From Monocercomonoides exilis PA203 (taxonomy: Eukaryota; Protista; Preaxostyla): 64,000 nucleotides of DNA. Positions within the stretch are counted from its first letter, which is position 1. Every line of letters starts with the position of its first letter. The position numbers were made by a program, and so were the translations under genes. Of this stretch, positions 39,653-54,100 are shown in pieces. The notes under the pieces were generated by a model that saw only the letters and a program-made list of their open reading frames with translations, searched no databases and was not told the origin of the DNA. The stretch covers positions 434,001-498,000 of the forward strand of contig LSRY02000040.1 in NCBI GenBank assembly GCA_001643675.2, in the 5' to 3' direction.

Positions 39653-42600
39653 ATGAATTTAATAATAATAATGCAACTGTTTGCGATGTTACAAATAAAA
39701 TAAATTCAATCAAATGCAATTCAATAATTTAAATATGGGACAATGAAACAAAAGATTTGTATTTGAAAGATAAAGAGAAAATGGCTCATAAAATTCTTTA
39801 GATTAGGCCTTTGCTACAAGGAAAAATAATACGATGATTGTTTGTCGAATAACGAAACTTGTGTCGAGGGTTTTTTTTTTTAATTTTTTAATCAGATGTG
39901 GAAATTCACAATGAATTTTTTCTTTTCGTACTTTTGACTGAACAAGGTTCTTTATTAAAATTCAACAAATATGTTTAAAACATTTTTCATGTTCAAAAAA
40001 GAACATTTGCTCTTTCAAAAACACATATCAAGTGAAATATCATCATGCAATCTTTTAAAACTTACAAAATTCTGATGAGAATACTGTTATTTGCATTGCT
40101 TGATTATGCGATTATGAATAAAAATCGCAATCAAACCCAAAACAAAAATGAAAATGAAATTCAAAGGAATCAAACAAATAATGAGAAACATCAAGATTCA
40201 GAAATGAATTTTACAAATTATTTTAGAAACGGATAATTTCACATCGTTGCACATATTCATTCGTGAAGTCTGTTCATTTCTTTCTGCATCACTAAATGAC
40301 TTGAAAAATCACCACTAGTCAACTGTAGTTAACCATTGATAAGAAACTGAATCGTATTGTGAAATTTGCAATAGAAAAATGAGTAGCTGTTAGCGGATTG
40401 AAGAAAAAAAATGTGTCTTTCTCAATAAAATAGAAAAAAGAGAAATCACTGTATTCGTATTGGTTCAGAGAAACGATGCCAGAGTAACTGATTAAAGCTA
40501 AGATATCAATGAGTTGCCCAAACTGACTTTTCACGAAGCAGGAAAAGAGGAGATCCATTTTAAGTTTCAATGACAGAGGAGAGACAGAACCGGATCTCAA
40601 AGCAGCTTGATATTTCGATATGGAACTTTTGACTGGATAAACAGTATCAAACAGCTTCAGATTACTCTTTATGCAATGTGAAAAGCCAGCAGATTCGTAA
40701 GCAACTTATTCAGATTGAAGCAAATAAGTTGCACGCAACGAAACACACGAAAAGATAAGACAGTTACCAGTTGTAAAGGCTTATGAACGAAAGAACAAGC
40801 AGAAAAAAGGAGCTTTGAGAAAAAATGATGAGTACCTAACAGATTGAACTGAGTGCTCTGTTAGAGATGAGGCTTATGCTTTGGTGATTCTTCTGGTTCA
40901 AGTATCCAAAGTAATTCCCCTCTTCTGCTAAATTGCCTTCTCGTTGTAATTTAAAGATGGGCACATAGAACAAAGCAATGATCCCATCTTTCCTCAGTTC
41001 GCTATAGATGGAGTATCCAGCCGAGAAGGAGCACAAAACGAGAAAATTGTGAAATCTTCCCATTGCCTGCCTTTGGTGACTGTGTGATAATTTGTACGCT
41101 TTATGCTGCTGGTTGGACAAGTATTCATTCAACAATGAACGAGACAACTTGGCATATGTAGAAGTAACTTACTGCAAAAGTCCCACAACATTCTTCACTT
41201 TTCAAAAAGCGATGAATAATTTCAGATAATTTCTTTCTTTGTTTGTTAATCTGGCTCTTCCAGAAAAACCATTTATCTATCTCAACTTCCTTTTTCGAGC
41301 TCTTCATAGCACATCTTAAGTCTGAAGAAACATTTGTAAATGGAGCAAACCCCTCCGCTGAGTCTACTGAAAGGTTGATTTTCGACTTGAGAAGCAGCTG
41401 AGGCTTTTCGAAGAAGTCCTCTTTATGCCTCAAACCAGCTGCGAAGATGAGCCTCAAGTTCGAACGGATGATCGCATTCTCCATATAAGATGAGTCTTTC
41501 AGTGTGCATGATGGAGGATATGTTTTTTTAAAAGGTGGTCCCTGTGTTGCAGTTTGTCATAAGCCCTTTCCAATCACAGGTTCTGCTGATGAATGAATAC
41601 CAATTTCCACACATTCACAAAGAATACAGCATCGATCGCGATGAGTTGGTCGAATGTTGTTGTCTGAATGATGAATAAGATGTGTGCATTGTGGCATGAA
41701 GCATTTCTCAAGGAGAAGTCCTCTGTTCAACACACGAATAACCGCTTGGTTCCCATCACGATCGTGTTTATTTTCTTCTTCAACTTCTTCGTTTCAACCA
41801 GATGCTTTCATAACGTGAAAATCTTCTTTCTAACTCTCTCTTTCTCTTTTTTTCTCCAAAAAAATTCATCTTTTTTCTTTCTTTAGCTTTTTCCTGAATA
41901 ATATGCTTTACGGTATTTATATTGATGTTTCTTCGGCTCTATTCACAATCTCGTTCACATTTTAATTCTCTTTGTCCGTTCTGCCTCTATTGTCTGCTGT
42001 GTGTTTGATTCGCCATGCCACTTCAAGAATGTTGATTGAAGTTGACTTCATAACAGAGTCGAAAGATGTTGTGCTTGAACGTTGTATCTCTTCCATTCAG
42101 GTCATCAAAGTGATAGCTAAAGAATGGATATGAATCAACAAACTTATTTCGTTTGGATAAACATCAGCATGAGAAAGCAAGTGGATTTGAAAAAAGAAAG
42201 AAAAAGAAAAAAAGATTACAAACCAAAATCAGTTCATCCTTGTATCAGTATATAAATCGTCTGTTGATCTTGGATCTGCTTTGGAAACTTGTGGCGCTCT
42301 CTCTCTTTGGCTGTCTTACGGTTATATTGATAAAGAATCAGGAAGCAATTGATGAATGACTCTCATTTCTCACTAGCAGCTCGTCTTTTCTTGTTGGCTA
42401 GCTGTTCGAATATGAGGTGCTCGCAACAAACAACTCAGAAAGAATAAAAAGATACACTTTGTCAGATAAAGCTTTGCATATTTGCTTAGAAGGATGCGAA
42501 TGGATGTACACTTTTGTGGTCTTGGGCTTCATGACTTGATCGAAGATATGGGGCAAAATATTTTGCTTCAAGCTTTTTCATTGAAAAAATATGCACTTTT

Positions 42601-42744
42601 CATTGACTTTTTGAGATCAAAAAACATTATTAAATAAGTCGATTTTTTGACATTCGTTAAATGTTGGAAAACTTTATGTTATGATTTCAATGATGCCTGT
42701 TTACGAATATGAAAATAAAATTTATTTTGAAATCTGATTTCGTT

Positions 42745-43135
42745 TTAAAATGTTATTAGAAAAACAACTTTTCTATGCTTTGTGTAAAAAAAAGCTTGAA
42801 AGTCAATATTTCCCCCCATATGTTCAAGTTTCTTTTCGGTTTTGTCATAGTTCAAATTCATCCACTGTTCATCGCCTTCACTCCTGAACTTGATCTGCAT
42901 CACTTCCTTTTCTTTCTGAAAAAATTTCAGCATCTTTTTGTTTGTCTTCTTGGAAACAGAATCCATCCAGTTTCCAGCCCAAACGATTATCACTCAATCT
43001 TTTGGATGAACGCATTTTGTGATCGCACTGCACAGTGTCGTTTGTACACACCAGTTGGACTGATACATTTGGAATAGCGTTCATGTCAATGAAAGTTTTG
43101 TGATAAAGACTGCTGATTCGAAATCCAGCAAACAA
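42745..43135 (-). pseudogene. Decayed coding fragment of unknown family
   Basis: Protein-like overlapping ORFs (IVWAGNWMDS...EQWMNLNYD...IDFQAFFY) with no intact gene structure. Confidence 0.25.
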
Positions 43136-44005
43136 GTAGACAGTGAGGTCTCAGTTCATGAATCTACATGTTTTAGTCCTGTGTTTGATTCTGAATGATC
43201 AGAAGAAAAAGAGAAAGAAGATTGATAAATTTGAATTGCGTAAAAACCGATCTAACTTTTTTTTGGTTGCTGATTCAGTTTGTGATCAAGCTTCATATCT
43301 TCGTGTAAAAACCCCTTGCAGCGTGCGTGTGAGAAGGTCAGCGACAACCAATGTGAATTTTCTCATGCTGATGATATCAATACCCAATCATCTGCTTATT
43401 TTTGTAACAAATTTTCTAAAAGCTTCAGTGATGAATCTTTTTTAAAAACATACAAATTATTTCTTAATTAGAAATACTCATTAATAACATAAATTCAAAC
43501 TATTCTTCTTTTGAATCTTTTCATTCTTCTTTTTCTGTTCAAATCAGCTGAAGAATTACAGAATTCTATGTTATTTACGAAATTCGTAGATTATTCCAAT
43601 TTATATTTTAATGAATGACTTTCACTTCCATATTAATAATTATTAAATGAAAATCAAATTGAATTGAAAATTATCTTCATTAGCAGCAGCATACACAATA
43701 TATAATATGGCTGATCCATTTTGATATCACACTTTCGTTCAAGTTTTAATCCAAATTTTAATATCAATGGGATTTTTGTAATAAATTTGTTTATGCAATA
43801 ATAACATCACGAACAACATGTATTATCTGTTCAAGTTCATTTTTTTTAAATCCCATTGAAAAAAAATTTAGATCAAAGCTCGAACGAAATAATGATTTTA
43901 AAAAGGATCAGCCATATCTTCTATTCATATTCATTACATTAAAAATAAAAACAACGATTTCATGCAAACCTTTCAAGAAAATTATCCGGTTATTTCTTGG
44001 TACAG

Positions 44006-44356
44006 ATATCGCATAAATACCGGACAAGATCGATATCACAATAACTGTAAGAAGAAAAATTCTGACTATCTTCCTCAAAATACATCTCATCAGTACAAAC
44101 TCATTTGATAAACGAGGCTTAATGAATAGCTTCATTTGCGCTCAGAATAAAATATTTTTAAAATCTCAGAAAAACTCAAAATCCTATTTCTCTGAGATTT
44201 TAAAAACATTTTATTCTGAGCGCAAATGAAGCTATTCATTAAGCCTCGTTTATCAAATGAGTTTGTACTGATGAGATGTATTTTGAGGAAGATAGTCAGA
44301 ATTTTTCTTCTTACAGTTATTGTGATATCGATCTTGTCCGGTATTTTATGCGATAT
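44006..44356. repeat. Long palindrome: ~165-bp arms with a 20-bp spacer
   Basis: 44006-44170 is the reverse complement of 44191-44356 with one substitution and one 1-bp indel; mirrored ORFs 43908-44135 and 44132-44392 reflect this. Confidence 0.95.
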
Positions 44357-46079
44357 ATGTATATCGTGTTTGTTACCAAATTTCATAATCAAATAATAGT
44401 TGTGGATTTCAATTCAATCGTTATTTTTGAATCACAATGTTAAAATATTCACATATATAAACTGAAATAGTGTGAAACAAAATTCTCCTTTCCACTAGTG
44501 ATAAATTTATTAAAAAAGTTCAAGCACTCAATTCAAAATTCATTTCAATCAATTAATCATTTTTCAAAATATAATTTGAAAAAATTGAAATGAAAATCTG
44601 TTTTAAAAAAGAATATCCATTCGACTGATGGATCTTTTCACCAACTGATCTTTCGATCGACTGATCTTTGTCGGTTAACTGATTTTGACAAAGATCTGTC
44701 GATAACCCATTGACAAATTCAAAAATAAATGAAGAAAATATTTGTATGTTTATCTTTTCATGAAAATTTTATAAATTATTAATTCAAATAATATTTTAAA
44801 GAAAATAGAAAAACGAAATCATATTAAGAACGTTTTTTTTTGTCAATCAGTTTGTCAAATTCAAGCTGATTGTTTTGTCGGTCGGCTTGTCGAGACTTAA
44901 AGTGAAGAGTCGGTTTGTCGCAGAGGCCAATTACTGATATTGACGATATTATTGGCGAAAAAATCGAAGGAGAGAAAACTGAATCAGAAAATGACAATGG
45001 ATCAGGAGAAGGTGAAAATGCATCAGAATATGAGTCCAAAAATTATTGCTGATGATTATTTCACATCATTTTTATCATTGACTACTTTTTTCATATAAAA
45101 TAAATGGAAATAAATCACAATAAAAAAGTCATTTGGGGAAAAATACAAACTTTCAAGCTTAATATGCACAAAGCATGAAAAATTTGATTCACTTATAACA
45201 TTTTTGAACTTACCCAGATTATAAAATAAATTTGATTTTCATAACTGGAAACAAACATCATTGATATAATAACATCATGTTTTGTGACATCAAACCTATT
45301 TCAAAAAAAATAAACACATTTATTTCGAAAATTTTGTTATCAAAAAGTTCATCAATGATGCATAATATTTAAATGAAAATGCCTGAAGTCAAATATTTTG
45401 TCCCAATTGTCGAAATTCAGTGAAATGGAAAAAGAAATAAAAAAAAGAAGTGTTAAACGATGAAAAATAGCCAAAATTGTAAAGAAGTTATGTTCAATAA
45501 CAATGACAATACTTAAAAATCTCAAAACAAAAAGCTCGTGAAAATACGAGCAAGTCTTTGATCAGAAAAATAAAACAAAATACACCAGATCTTTTCACAA
45601 AAATTGAAATATGAAAAAATATTTTCAGAAATAGTATATTATCATATATTAATAATTTTCTATTATTTATTTTTTTCGAAAAGTGCTCCTGTGAGCCAGA
45701 AAATTTAGGTCCCGACTAATTTTTTGGGTACCGATAAATTTCTGACCCTGCTATGTTTGTTCACAATGAAACAGAATAATTTCATTGAAAAATGATATCA
45801 TAATAAATTTTTACAGTTAAAATGATTGATTCTTTAAGAAAGAAGATTACTGTGAAGTGCTATGATGATAAAAGAACATTGCAGCTATTGAGAAATATTT
45901 GAAAATTTTCGTGGATTGTTTTATATTATATCTGAAATTTTTGTTTTTTCTTATATTTTTTGTGATTATTATTATTTGTCTCAAAAACCAAAAATTTTGA
46001 TGAAACAAACTTCACATACACCCAATCCTTCAGGCTGCAACAAAGCACAAGTGCAGAGAAAGTTTGAAAAAATGCTCAT

Positions 46080-47585
46080 TTTCATTGACTTCTTTCACAA
46101 CTCCTTCCTCGCTACGGCTGTTGCTTCATTGGCCAACATCCGCTCAACCCATTCTCTCTCACTCTGCATCACATTATGGAATACATGAAAGCTTTCCATA
46201 TCACTAACAAGCTATGTCAGCCAACTCACTGCCCTCTTCTTCTCTTCTTCTCTTTCTCCTTCTTCTCCTTCTCCTTCTTTTTCTCCTTCTTCTTATTCTT
46301 TTCACTCAACACAAAACAAACATCTTTCTCACACAACCTTTTCAATGAATTTGTCTTTTTCCTCAATTATTGTCATTCGATCAACAGATATTTGCAACTG
46401 ATCCACATCTCTAGTCATTTTTATCTGACTTTTCATTGAAGAAATACTCAAATATTCATATTCTTCTCCTGCTGTAACATTCTTATTTCTCGCGTATTCC
46501 AATGTTGCACAGCAGGCACGCAAAGTGAGAGCATTGTTCAGCATTTGTAAAAGGAGCCTCTCTGAAAAAAATCTCTGTCCATGTCTCCGCCTTCACAAAC
46601 CTCAGCCCACTCATCCCAAGCGCCTCCACAACCATCTGCGCAATCGCCTCTTCCAGCTTCCCCTGGTTCTCTTTGATTCTCTCCACAAACTCTCTGTGCG
46701 CTGTAGGATACCCGTCTTTCTCCTCATTCTTATCACCTCCTTATGCCTCTTCCCTTTCTCCTTCCTCTGTCTCTTCTCTCTCCTCCCGAGCAGCCAATGC
46801 AATCGCTACATGCAACAAAATCACATCCTTTATCCTCAGCCAAACCGCCTCCATTCCCTTCTCCACAATCTCCCCCACTTCACACACTGCAACCCCTCGC
46901 CCCATCACTTCATCCTCTCTCTCCATCACTTCACCGCCGCACGCCTCGACTGCGGTGATCGCAACACCAGCCGCGCTATCACCTACGGCAGTAGTGAAGG
47001 GTCAAACAGATAGTTGATCGAAGAGAACGCATTTAAATCTTCTATCGCAAAGATTCGCTTGCTCCTTGACTTTGCACACTCCGACGCTGCAAGTGACGGA
47101 AGCGGCACCACCAGCGGAACTGAAAACATCGCCGAAAGCACTACATCGTACGCACACTCAACACATCCATATAGCACCGCCCGCCTCCCCGCAACAAATC
47201 ATTCGAAGCGTTTGTTGCTCCCTCAGTTACGACTTCTTGCGATTTTCATATACCCCAGCCGCCTCTCGATATTGTCCATCGCTCCTGCCGAAGTGTATGA
47301 TGCTACCACCGCCGAGGTATCCGAAGGGTCAATCACATGTGCTGATGATGACTTATCATCTTCTGCTGCCTTCTTCTCTTAACTTCTCCGCCTCCGGAAT
47401 GGAGAAGTTGATCTGCGTGCTGCTCCAGTTGAAGAAGACAAAGAAGACGAAGGAGCTGAGAGAAGATACGACTGCTGCGCTGTCCCGGCCACAAGAAGCT
47501 TTTTGAAATAGGCTTTCGTGTCATACAACAGCTCCAATTGAAAAATAAACACAGCATCAACAATCGGATCAGAAAGATCAACCAT
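46080..47585 (-). pseudogene. GC-rich decayed gene for a helical protein
   Basis: Consecutive protein-like fragments (MVDLSDPIVDAVFIFQLE..., LYGCVECAYDVVLSAMF..., EIVEKGMEAVWLRIKDVILL..., MLNNALTLRACC...) separated by stops and frameshifts. Confidence 0.55.
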
Positions 47586-49455
47586 CCACGAAAACGCTCT
47601 TTTTCTGAGTTGTGGGAAAACGATAGAATAGAGTTTCTTTAGGCGAGAAATCGAAATGAAAAGAAGACGAATCTATGCGAGTTATGCATAAATTATTGTT
47701 CTGAGCCAACATCAGATGAACGTATTGAGAGATATATGAAAGATCAATTCAGAAATGGAGAATGCTGCAAATGCTATCACCTGCTCATTCTGTTGATTTT
47801 AACAAAAATCCCATAGTAGCCATTAAGCATCGGACAGATTCCACAAAATGTTTTCCACTCCAACATCATACGCTGAAGTCTGTGAAACTCAAATTCCAGA
47901 TGAAAGATAACATCAGTGGCTTTTTGGTAGTTTTGTTGTCTGATTTCATTTCCCATTCTCCACAAGACGCTTTTTCAATTTCAATATAAATCATCGATTC
48001 TTAAGCAATAATTTTTTTTCTTCTTCATTACTCGAGTAATCTCTGATGCATATGCAAAAATATGAAGAAATTCAATCGGATGAAGTGAAAGAAGTGAAAG
48101 AAGAAGAAGAAGAAGCTGCGTGAAATGTTGTTGATGTATTTTAAGAAGAAAAAGAAGAAGATGATAATTAATGAATAGAATGAGATGATTGGTTGTTGTA
48201 ATTGAGAAGATAAGTGTCAATAAATATCAACGGAGAAATTCAATGAAACTCTCGTCTTCAGGTTTTTGTCTTTTTCTGGCAAATAATAGCCTCTGAATCC
48301 TTTTTCAATTTTTGCTCAATCTCTTTCTCTCTCTCCAACAAAAAAATAAAAAAATATGAAATATTGAGCGATTCTTTTTTCATTCCATCTCTTCTTCTTT
48401 CGCTTCCCTTTTTTCACAAAAAATCACCTTTTTTCAAAAATAATTCTTTGTCAAAGCCCCAATGCCAAGCATCTTCGAAATATCTCGCATTTCATCTATC
48501 TGTCTGTATTTTTCCTTCCCCACTTTTCTTCTTCTTCAAAGTCACCTAATCCTTCGCTCTTTCAACACCCTGAATAAAAAAAGAATAATCACTTCAAAAA
48601 ACAACAACAAACCTTCAGAGCCTATTTGAAACTCAAAATCTATTTTTCATTCGATTAAAAAATAGTTTTTAATTTTAAAAATTCATTATTTCTTCCGTTT
48701 TCAACAATCTTTCAAGTAGCTTCATTGAATATTCATTTTCAGCTATTTCCTCCCTCTGAATGATTTGATTTTATACTTTCCTGAAAAGATTGGAGATTTT
48801 CATTTTCTTTTCAATTTCATTCTGTTTTACCGAAATCATCCAGCCAAACGAACTTGCAATCTATTCGTCATGTATAATCGTCAACTGTCCTTTCCTTCCA
48901 CCTGAGATATTCTTCCATGAAAAGAATTTTTCTCATTTTTTCGTAATAAGTCTGATTTTTTTCGGCTTTTGGAAAGGCAGAAGATAAAAATATCATCATT
49001 TTCAATGAAACGACATTTAATGCAAACATCTACTTATTTTCATTGAAAAATTAAATTTCAGTATTTCCATATCAAACCTATTTTAAAAAATGATCTCTCA
49101 AAAACAAAGATTTATTTATTTTGATCATTGTCAATACGCCAACAAAGGAAATAACATTTCTGATTTCGAAAGACAAATTTACACATAGCGTTCTCAGTTT
49201 TCAAACAAATATTCCTGTTCTGTGAAAATAATTTGATCAAAAAATCCATAACAACAAACAAAGAGTTTTGAAAAAGTATTGTATCTTTTCATAATTATTT
49301 AACACAAATATAAATGCAAAAAATGACGGTATTGGCTCTTATATTTCTATGATTATTTCGAGATTTATTTTGCGCAAATTTCTTCTATCCAAACATAAAT
49401 GAATTCATTTTAAATGCCGAAATCTGTTGTTTTCCAAATAATACGCTTTTAAAAA

Positions 49456-50870
49456 ATGCAGGAGATGGACAACACAAAGAAGTTCACTGGTGTGCAGGGA
49501 TCGTAGATGAAATTTTTTTGATGATTATTATTTTTCAATTTTCATTTATTTTATGAAGAATTGTTTTCCCAGTTGGGCAGCAACTCAGCCGATGAGCAGA
49601 AACAGAAAATCGAAGAAATGATTAGCATAGTAGATGAAATGAATGAAAGAGAATTCAGATCTGTTTTTACAATGGAACTGTTCAATGAAATGGACAAAAT
49701 GATTGAAGAAAGGAAGCTTTCGATGGGAAATGCATTCGTGCTGCTGAAACATATTGGATATTTGAAAGTGTTGAAAGATATATGGATTGATAGATTTGAT
49801 AACTCTCCGTTGAGTGTCAGATTTGAAGAGATGATTGTTGATGAAAATGAGAAGAAAAAAGAAGAAAAGGATGAAAAGCTTTTGACAGATCTCTGTGAAT
49901 GCTTTCTTGCACTCAGTAACTATTCTTCATCAAAATTGCATTCAATCTATGTGCCTTGTCTTCTGAAAGTTGCACAAAAGAAAGAGAAAAGCGTGGAGAC
50001 CCAAAAAGAAGTGGAACTGGCTTTGCTTGCTTTGAGCAACATTATCTATTTTGTATGAGTACTTCTATTTGATTTTTTAACATTTTTATTTTTCTATCTT
50101 CTTTTTTTAAGAAAGTTTGTGAAGAACTGTATTTGAATGAAATGACAGAAATCATCAAATATCACCAGGATAATCAGAATCTGACACGACTTGCCTATCA
50201 ATCAGCTTGGCGGTTTTTGATGTTCAGATTTGTAGACGAAAAAAAGTTGGAAGACATGATTGTGAATGATCTGCATTTTGCAAGAGAAGCAGCAAAAGAA
50301 CTGGAAGATCTGTCAAAGAGTATGGATTGGAAGAGAAAAGAAGAAAGAAGAAAAGAAACAAAAGAAGAGCTCACTTTGATGAGATGGTTGCAAATGTTGG
50401 TTTCTATTTTATATTCATGCGAATTATGGAACGAAGAATTTGCTGGGCTTTTAGGCAGTATTGACCAGGTGCTTCTGACAGCAAAGGATAAAAGCAGAGA
50501 AATTTTCTTCTTGTGTGTTTATTCATTCAGAAATGCAGCAGAAAATAGAGATGCGAAAGCTAAATACCTGTTGAAAGGTGGAGCTGTTGATGTTATTTTG
50601 GAGGAGATTCACCAGTTAACAATGAATGACAAACTGGCTAGTGAAAGCTTCCATTTCTTTTTGAATATTTCAAGGCGATTGGAAGGAAAGAAGGATGATG
50701 AAAAGGAAGAGGAGGAAAGAAAAGAATTGAAAAGAAAGATATTTGATAAGATGGAAGAAGAGGGATACGAAGATAAAATCACAAGTTTTTTTGAAACATT
50801 TGATTTTTTCAACAGAAAATATTATAGCAAATTATCAATAATTATTTCTGATTATTTTTTGAATGCTTGA
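49456..50870 (+). CDS. Lineage-specific hypothetical protein, family copy 5 (3 exons)
   Basis: Exon 1 MQEMDNTKKFT|GT, exon 2 = ORF 49561-, exon 3 = ORF 50133-50870; family motifs present. Confidence 0.8.
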
Positions 50871-51317
50871 GGAAATGAAATGTTTTTTCTTTTTCTTTTT
50901 CTTTTTCTTTTCTTTTCTTTTTTCTTTTCACAATTCAACAAACAATTGAGAAATTTTTTTCCCAAACATTTTTTTATTCCGCTTCATTTTGATGAAATTG
51001 AAATATTGAAAAGATTTTTTTGAAGTGTTTTGTCATTTTCCTCTTTTATTCTTTCAAAAAATGTCTATTTTATTCATTCATTCATTCATTTATTTATTTA
51101 TTTATTTATTTATTCATTTTTAAATTTTGATGCCATTAAAGAAAATAGTTCCAAAAAAGAGATGACCCTGACTTTTTTCATTGAATTTTCCTCTTCAAGG
51201 TTATAAAAAATAAAAGGATATTTAAAAATCTTATGCAAACTGTTTTCAATTTTTTGAAATGCTCAAAAAAGAAAAAGATAAAGAAAAAAACATTTCATTT
51301 CCTCAAACACTCACAAA

Positions 51318-52737
51318 TTAATCAGAAAAATTCAAAGATAATCCACGATAAAGTATACAACGAAGAGAAATGACTCCATGAAAGCTAATGATAACATTTT
51401 CGCAATCTTCTTCTTCCATCCTTTCAAATATCTTTCTTTTCATTTCTTTTCTTTCCTCCTCTTCCTTTTCATCTTTATTCTTTTCTTTCAACCGCCTTGA
51501 AATATTCAAAAAGAAAAGAAAACAATTCCTTATCAAATCATCATTAATTGTTGGCTGCTGAATCTCCTCCAAAACAGCACCAATAGCTCCGTTTTTCAAC
51601 AATTCATCAATTTCCACATTTCTATTTTCTGTTGCATATCTAAGTATATCGAAGTATCTATTGTGAATATCTTTGTGATTGTCCCTTGATGCTCGTAACA
51701 CTTGAACAATGCAATTGATAAGACCAGCAATTTCTTCGTTCCACAATTTGCACGAGGTAAAGTAATTATCAATAGCATAAATCCATCTCTCGATAACAAG
51801 CACTTCTATTCTTCCATTTTCTTCTTCATTTTTATTCCAGTCTAAATACTTTGATAGATCTTCGATTTCTCTTCTTGCTTCTCTTGCGAAATGCAGTTCA
51901 TTCACAATCACTTCTTCCAAGCTATCGACTTTGGGAAATCCACAAATCAAAAACTGCCAAGCCAACTGATAAGAAAGCCGTGTCAGATTCTGATGTTCCT
52001 GGTGATGTTTGATGATTTCTTTGATCTCATTCAAATACAGTTCTCTTTTCATTTCCTATGCAAAAAAGGAGGAAAAAACAATTCAGCAATATCAAAATGG
52101 GAAAAAGGTTTTCAAACCCAATATACAATATTGCCCAAAGCCAGCAACGCCATTTCCACTTCCTTCTGAGCTTCTTCGGTCTCGTCTTTCTTCAATGCAA
52201 CTTTCAGAAGGCAAGGCACAACAATTGAAAGCAATTTTTTTGGAATGCTTCCTTCAATCAGCAAAGCAAAACATTCACAAAAATCAGTCAAAAGCTTTTC
52301 ATCCTTTTTCTTCTCATTTTCATCAATTATCATCTCTTTCATCCTTTCGCTCAATAATGAACAATAAAAAGAATATAAGAAAATCTTTTTCAGTACTTTG
52401 CAAAATCCAGCATGTTTCAACAGCAAGGTTGTTCTTTCCAATGACAATGAATTTTTTTCAATCATTTGGTGGATTTTATTGAAGCACTCTTTTGTGAAAA
52501 CTGTTTGAAATTCTTTTCTATTCATTTCATCTATCATTCTTTTCATTTCCTCCATTTTCTGTATTTGTTCGTCTTCTCTACAATGTTCCAGTTCGCAAAA
52601 CAATTCTGCAAATAAGTTTCAAAATACAAAAATTTTGTTCAGAATTGGTCAATCCAAATTAAAGAACAAACTTGAAAACTGTTCTGTTTTAGTCATCATC
52701 TCCGTTCGTCTTCAGATATATCATTTGTCAAACTCAT
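51318..52737 (-). CDS. Lineage-specific hypothetical protein, family copy 6 (possibly decaying)
   Basis: ORFs 52112-52603 and 51318-52052. Exon 1 MSLTNDISEDE is frameshifted relative to copy 2 (rescue ATG at 52699), and a TAA replaces the conserved Tyr of SDYFVxV. Confidence 0.7.
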
Positions 52738-53559
52738 TCTGCATGTTGCAAAAAATATTCAAAAAGAGGTGCAAAGCTTGGCAAATAACAAAATAAAAGA
52801 TAAATGCAAACATCGTTGATTATCTTGCAAAATAAATCAATTCGAAATACAAACTGTTCTGTTTTTGCTTAATAAAAAAAGGGCAAAACGGAGTGCAAAG
52901 AAGCCGCAAGGATTGGCTGTATTAAGCTAGAAATGGAAATCTTTTGTTTATTTTTGATCATAACCAACAGATTATTTGAAGCATAATGTTTTAATTTAAA
53001 TTCATAAACTTTTTGAATCACATTGTTTTTTCCAATGGAATAAATATCAAATCCTTTAGCAAAGAGGAAAAGAAATTCGGCAGATTGAATGAGTGAACGG
53101 AAGATGTTTTTAGTTGTTTTTTGTGGAGAAGAATGAATTTGAAAACAAGAACAGATGATTTTTGAAGGTTTGGTATATTTTGTGAATTGTGTCATTTTGA
53201 GCTCATTTGTCAATGGATCATTGGGTTATGAAGGAAGAAAAGAAATGAAATTCAGAAAATCATCACAAATTGTCTGAACAAAAGAAAAGATAAGAAAAGT
53301 TCTTGAACATGGAGAACATTATTGTAGTGTGGCAGAAGATCAAGGCTCCAATGCTTCAATTGCAGAATAATCCTGTGCCATGAAGAAAAACAATGAAGGC
53401 CAGCTCCAATAGAAATGATGGAGATTCCCAAGTTTGGTGATGGTGAAACATCAAAAGGAAATTTATTCATTTGATTGGATGTTAAAAACAGATTTATTCA
53501 TTCAAGGCTGTTTTCATTTCAGCTGATCTGAGATTTGGAGAAGAAGGAGGAAGACGACT

Positions 53560-54100
53560 TTTCCATGAGATACACTCCAGCAAGGTTATTTCTCTGCAAA
53601 TGAAAGGAAGAATGGAGTTTTGGAGGAAAGAAAGAAATTCGATCAAATATCAGTTTCTTTGGAATGAAGAGATCAGCTTCCTTTTTAAAACAATACACAG
53701 GAAATTCTTTCGTGATGTAGCAGTAACAGTTGGTGAGATTGAATGCTTTCCAATCATATTCAACGACATCTGCCAAACATAGAGGTGTCAGATTATAAAT
53801 GCAGCTGCTGAAACACCATATCAATTCATTATCTTTCAACGATCGGTTCCGATTCAAATGGGATGTTTCATTATCAATTAGAATCAACGCATGTTCAGCG
53901 AAATTCACAACTGGACTTACTGCCAATCACATCTGATTCTTCCAAGACAGTCTGTAAAACAGAATATACACTCTTTCCAAAATTGAGTTTCTCTTCCTCA
54001 ACTTGACTGATCTGGTTCTTCTGTTTTATGTGCATGCAATGAATGTTTGTTTTTCAATTTCTCAACTGTCAAACATCAATTATTAATGTATCTGCGAAGA
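53560..54100 (+). mobile_element. Possible decayed reverse-transcriptase (DIRS-like) remnant
   Basis: Fragments MEFWRK...FLWNEEISFLFK and QFIIFQRSVPIQMG weakly recall RT motifs; heavily interrupted. Confidence 0.2.

Noticed and set aside
40300-42500. DHHC or kinase pseudogene (RPTHRDRCCILCECV)
   Set aside because: Motif matches are partial and mutually inconsistent; no family can be assigned by eye.
43908-44392. Two short ORFs at the palindrome
   Set aside because: They are by-products of reading the inverted arms and have no protein features.
46080-47585. Exocyst Sec6-like identity for the pseudogene
   Set aside because: Only a vague helical resemblance; a profile search is needed.
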